DNA of 24,756 nt from Gammaproteobacteria bacterium (GTDB lineage Bacteria > Pseudomonadota > Gammaproteobacteria > Enterobacterales > GCA-2746155): assembly GCA_024206355.1 (NCBI GenBank), contig JAAGZM010000104.1:1-24756 (forward strand). The letters run 5' to 3'. The notes beneath the pieces were generated by a model. That model saw only the letters and a program-made list of their open reading frames with translations. It ran no database searches and was not told the origin of the DNA. Position numbers and translations under genes: made by a program. Position 1 is the first letter of the stretch; every line of letters starts with the position of its first letter. This document shows positions 21,642 through 24,756 of this stretch, one piece after another.

Positions 21642-22369
21642 CTGGCGTTCAACATTAGTTGTTTCATTTCTGAGACAGCAAGTGGTAATCCTGAAAATAA
21701 AGCCCTCGCAATAATAGCGTGTCCAATATTTAGCTCCACTATTTCTGGTATTGAAGCAATTGGCTGAACATTATGATAATGCAAGCCATGCCCAGCATTC
21801 ACTTGCATGCCAAGTTTATCCGCCTGACTTGCTGCAATACAAATTCGTGTTAACTCTCTGGTCTGCTCAGCACCTGAAGTATCAGCATAATATCCTGTAT
21901 GAAGCTCGATCATTTCAGCACCTGAGGCTGCAGCCGCTTCAATTTGCTTAGGATCGGCATCAATGAACAAAGAAACTTTTATTGCAGCTTCATTCAAACT
22001 TTGAACAGCATCGGTGATTTTAGAAAGGTTCCCAGCAACATCCAGCCCACCTTCTGTCGTTAGCTCTTCACGTTTCTCTGGCACAAGACAACTAAAATCA
22101 GGTGCAGTCTTACGAGCAATAGCCAGCATTTCATCTGTAACAGCCATCTCTAAATTGAGCTTCGTTTGTAGAGTCTGTCTAATTAAATCAACATCACGGT
22201 CATTGATATGCCGTCTATCTTCACGAATATGAATAGTGATAGAATCTGCGCCAGCCTGCTCGACAATAAGTGCTGCCTGTACAGGCTCAGGATAAATCGT
22301 TCCTCTCGCCTGTCTTAATGTAGCAACATGATCGATATTGACTCCCAGTAAAATCGGTCTGTCAGTCAT
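21638..22369 (-). CDS. pdxJ: Pyridoxine 5'-phosphate synthase
   Basis: 243 aa with [35 protein letters not shown] and ELNIGH. Confidence 0.98.
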   Translation of the reverse strand: MTDRPILLGVNIDHVATLRQARGTIYPEPVQAALIVEQAGADSITIHIREDRRHINDRDVDLIRQTLQTKLNLEMAVTDEMLAIARKTAPDFSCLVPEKREELTTEGGLDVAGNLSKITDAVQSLNEAAIKVSLFIDADPKQIEAAAASGAEMIELHTGYYADTSGAEQTRELTRICIAASQADKLGMQVNAGHGLHYHNVQPIASIPEIVELNIGHAIIARALFSGLPLAVSEMKQLMLNAR

Positions 22370-23082
22370 GATAAATTTCTCCTAAATAGCTTCCTGCTTT
22401 GTAAAGGTTTGTCACCCAATAAAGGTTGAAATGACAATCGCAATAATCGTTTAGCATCTTTCAAAATATCTTGGTCCTGCCAATCTCTGGCTGCTATTGA
22501 AATCAAGTTAGCTCCCAAGAACTGTCTAGCTTGATTAGCAGTTGATGTATTTTCCACTATTTGAAACAAACCATCTACACTTAGTAAATAAGTTTTTGAA
22601 TCAAATAAAGGGGCACCATCAATATCATGATCTAGTGTAAGGCCATAACCAATGGTTGCAAGTAAAAACATTTCAAATTCACGTAATGTTTGCTCAAGAC
22701 TCTCGATTTCTGATAGACGTTCTATCGTTTTTTGATAATGCTGGAATAATTCTGGGTGAGGATCATGTCGATGTAATAATCTAACCATCAATTCATTAAT
22801 ATAAAATGCACTATAGAGAGAGTTACCGGTTAATTTAATCACTGGTCCTGCAGACTCAATGCTTGTGAGCGTTTGTAAGTCACCACGACCTACCCAACAG
22901 AGCGATAAAGGATAAAGAGGCTGTAAGAATGAACGTTTGGGTGATTTTTTTCCTCTAACACCTTTCGCGCATAGAGCAACTTTTCCATAATTTTCAGTAA
23001 ATACATCAAGCAGTAAGCTGGTTTCTCTCCATAGCCTTGAATGTAAAACAAAGGCCGATTGTAATTGCGACCTATGGCTCAC
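22366..23082 (-). CDS. recO: DNA repair protein RecO
   Basis: 238 aa, GTG start, [28 protein letters not shown]; sits between era and pdxJ. Confidence 0.95.
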   Translation of the reverse strand: MSHRSQLQSAFVLHSRLWRETSLLLDVFTENYGKVALCAKGVRGKKSPKRSFLQPLYPLSLCWVGRGDLQTLTSIESAGPVIKLTGNSLYSAFYINELMVRLLHRHDPHPELFQHYQKTIERLSEIESLEQTLREFEMFLLATIGYGLTLDHDIDGAPLFDSKTYLLSVDGLFQIVENTSTANQARQFLGANLISIAARDWQDQDILKDAKRLLRLSFQPLLGDKPLQSRKLFRRNLS

Positions 23083-23088
23083 CGAAGG

Positions 23089-23994
23089 CTACTCATCAAA
23101 CCCTAGGCTTCTCAATGCTTTTTCATCATCAGCCCAACCATCTTTTACTTTAACCCAAAGCTGTAGAAAGATTTTACTATCAAAGAGTTTTTCCAAATCT
23201 AAACGAGCATCTGAGCCAACTTGTTTTAGCCGTTGACCACCTTTACCGATAACTATACTTTTCTGACCTTTACGCTCGACCAAAATAACGGCCGAAATAT
23301 GAATGATATTTTTTGCGTCCGTCTCAAACTTTTCTATCTCTACTGTCATAGAGTAAGGTAGTTCGTTACCTAATTGGCGAATAAGCTTTTCCCTGATTGC
23401 CTCTGCAGCAAGGAAACGCATGCTTCTATCGGTAACAAAGTCTTCAGGATAAATAAACTCACTAGCCGGCATAGCTTTGGCTATTTGTTTATGCAATGTA
23501 TCAATATTAGTGCCTTTAAGAGCTGAAGCAGGATAAATAGCCTCAAAATCATGTTGTTTTGATAGCCATTCAAGATGAGGTAGTAAAGTGCCCTTATCAT
23601 TAATCTTATCAACTTTATTCACCAGTAATATAACGGGTGCTTTAGAAGTTTTCAGTTTTTCTAAAACCAAGGTATCATCATCGTTCCAAATTGTAGCATC
23701 TACTATAAATATAATAAGATCTACATCTATGATCGAACTGCTAGCAGCACGATTCATATAACGATTAATCGCTCTCTTCTCCTCAAGATGTAAGCCTGGA
23801 GTATCAACAAAGACAACCTGTAATTTTTTTTTTGTTAAAATACCAAGCATTCTATGTCTTGTAGTTTGAGGCTTACGTGAGGTAATCGATATTTTTTGAC
23901 CGACTAGATGGTTTAATAATGTTGATTTTCCAACATTAGGTCGGCCAACGATGGCAACATATCCGCAATGTATATCAGTTAAGTTAGCGTTCAT
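23089..23994 (-). CDS. era: GTPase Era
   Basis: 301 aa with [18 protein letters not shown] and the KH domain [10 protein letters not shown]. Confidence 0.98.
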   Translation of the reverse strand: MNANLTDIHCGYVAIVGRPNVGKSTLLNHLVGQKISITSRKPQTTRHRMLGILTKKKLQVVFVDTPGLHLEEKRAINRYMNRAASSSIIDVDLIIFIVDATIWNDDDTLVLEKLKTSKAPVILLVNKVDKINDKGTLLPHLEWLSKQHDFEAIYPASALKGTNIDTLHKQIAKAMPASEFIYPEDFVTDRSMRFLAAEAIREKLIRQLGNELPYSMTVEIEKFETDAKNIIHISAVILVERKGQKSIVIGKGGQRLKQVGSDARLDLEKLFDSKIFLQLWVKVKDGWADDEKALRSLGFDE

Positions 23995-23995
23995 T

Positions 23996-24688
23996 TTATA
24001 TGAGTTGCCTTTGACTTAATGCTTTTTTAGCAGCTAGCTTTTCAGCTTGACGACGGCTTTTACCAACTGCAACCGTTATACAGCCAGGGAATTTATCATT
24101 ACCTTCACAGGTACATTGAACTTCAAATTGCTGATCATGGTCCTTGCCAGTAACGTTGAGCGTTATATATTCAGGTAACGGAAACTGTAAAGATTGCAGT
24201 TGTTCTTGTAATAATGTTTTAGGATCTTTTGTTACTTCGTTAGGATCTGCTTCAGATAATAATGTTCCGTACCATACCAACAAATGTTTGCGACAAACAT
24301 CTATACCAGATTCCAAATAAATACCAGCAACTATCGCTTCTAATGCATCAGCAAGGATAGATTCCCTTCTGAACCCTCCACTCTTAAGCTCACCTGATCC
24401 GAGTAGTAGAAAGTCACCTAAGGATAATTGGATGGATAATTTCGCTAGTGTTTTACCTTTTACAAGATGTGACCTTAACCTGGTCATCTTACCTTCACTG
24501 GCTTCGGGAAAACGTTGATACAACTCTTGTGCAATGATAAAGCCTAAAATAGAGTCGCCTAAAAATTCAAGACGCTCATAGTGTTCTCTTCCAACACTAC
24601 GATGACTAATTGCTTGTCGTAATAAATTGGGATCTTTAAACTGATAACCTAGCTTCTTTTCTAATCGCTGAAGTGCATCAGTTGCCAT
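23996..24688 (-). CDS. rnc: Ribonuclease III
   Basis: [14 protein letters not shown] signature and ds[17 protein letters not shown]. Start probably ATG 24688 (24700 also possible); the ORF track extends to 24709. Confidence 0.97.
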   Translation of the reverse strand: MATDALQRLEKKLGYQFKDPNLLRQAISHRSVGREHYERLEFLGDSILGFIIAQELYQRFPEASEGKMTRLRSHLVKGKTLAKLSIQLSLGDFLLLGSGELKSGGFRRESILADALEAIVAGIYLESGIDVCRKHLLVWYGTLLSEADPNEVTKDPKTLLQEQLQSLQFPLPEYITLNVTGKDHDQQFEVQCTCEGNDKFPGCITVAVGKSRRQAEKLAAKKALSQRQLI

Positions 24689-24756
24689 TCTTGAGGCCAT
24701 AAGTACCAACTTTCACATCACCATTTGGTTTAACAATAACAAAATCATCAAACTTA
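24678..24756 (-). CDS. 3' end (partial) of the gene upstream of rnc (DUF4845-like or lepB-operon gene by position)
   Basis: Open frame [25 protein letters not shown] whose TGA overlaps the rnc start region by 11 nt. Identity is inferred from position only. Confidence 0.45.
   Translation of the reverse strand, partial: KFDDFVIVKPNGDVKVGTYGLKNGN

Overview
A 24.8-kb AT-rich chromosomal window from a gammaproteobacterium, probably marine (inferred from the GlyGly-CTERM protein and the Vibrio/Shewanella-like barA-acpS-pdxJ-recO-era-rnc order). The right 15 kb is housekeeping. It holds rnc-era-recO-pdxJ-acpS (minus strand) converging on barA/gacS (plus), and a divergent rlmD-relA-mazG-kdsA-pyrG-eno-terB run (minus) with two unusual gene-order features: kdsA sits upstream of pyrG, and a TerB-family gene occupies the usual ftsB position. 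The left 10 kb is more variable. It holds the 3' end of a probable HU-like gene, hemN, an unannotated 37-codon ORF, an ECF sigma/ZAS anti-sigma pair, and an orphan ParA whose Walker A lysine is replaced by Arg. It also holds an orphan RND adaptor lipoprotein with a sigma-54 promoter and its own terminator, a large double-PilZ protein, a GlyGly-CTERM surface protein with a tandemly duplicated acidic domain behind an OmpR/PhoB-type direct repeat, and a TrmB paralog with two Asp-to-Asn changes. I saw no tRNA, rRNA, CRISPR array, transposase or integrase. All family assignments come from motif recognition by eye; no searches were run. I found no single clear-cut new multi-gene system. The best leads are the Arg-Walker-A ParA, the structured uORF leader of the ECF operon, the pyrG promoter/leader and the TrmB paralog.
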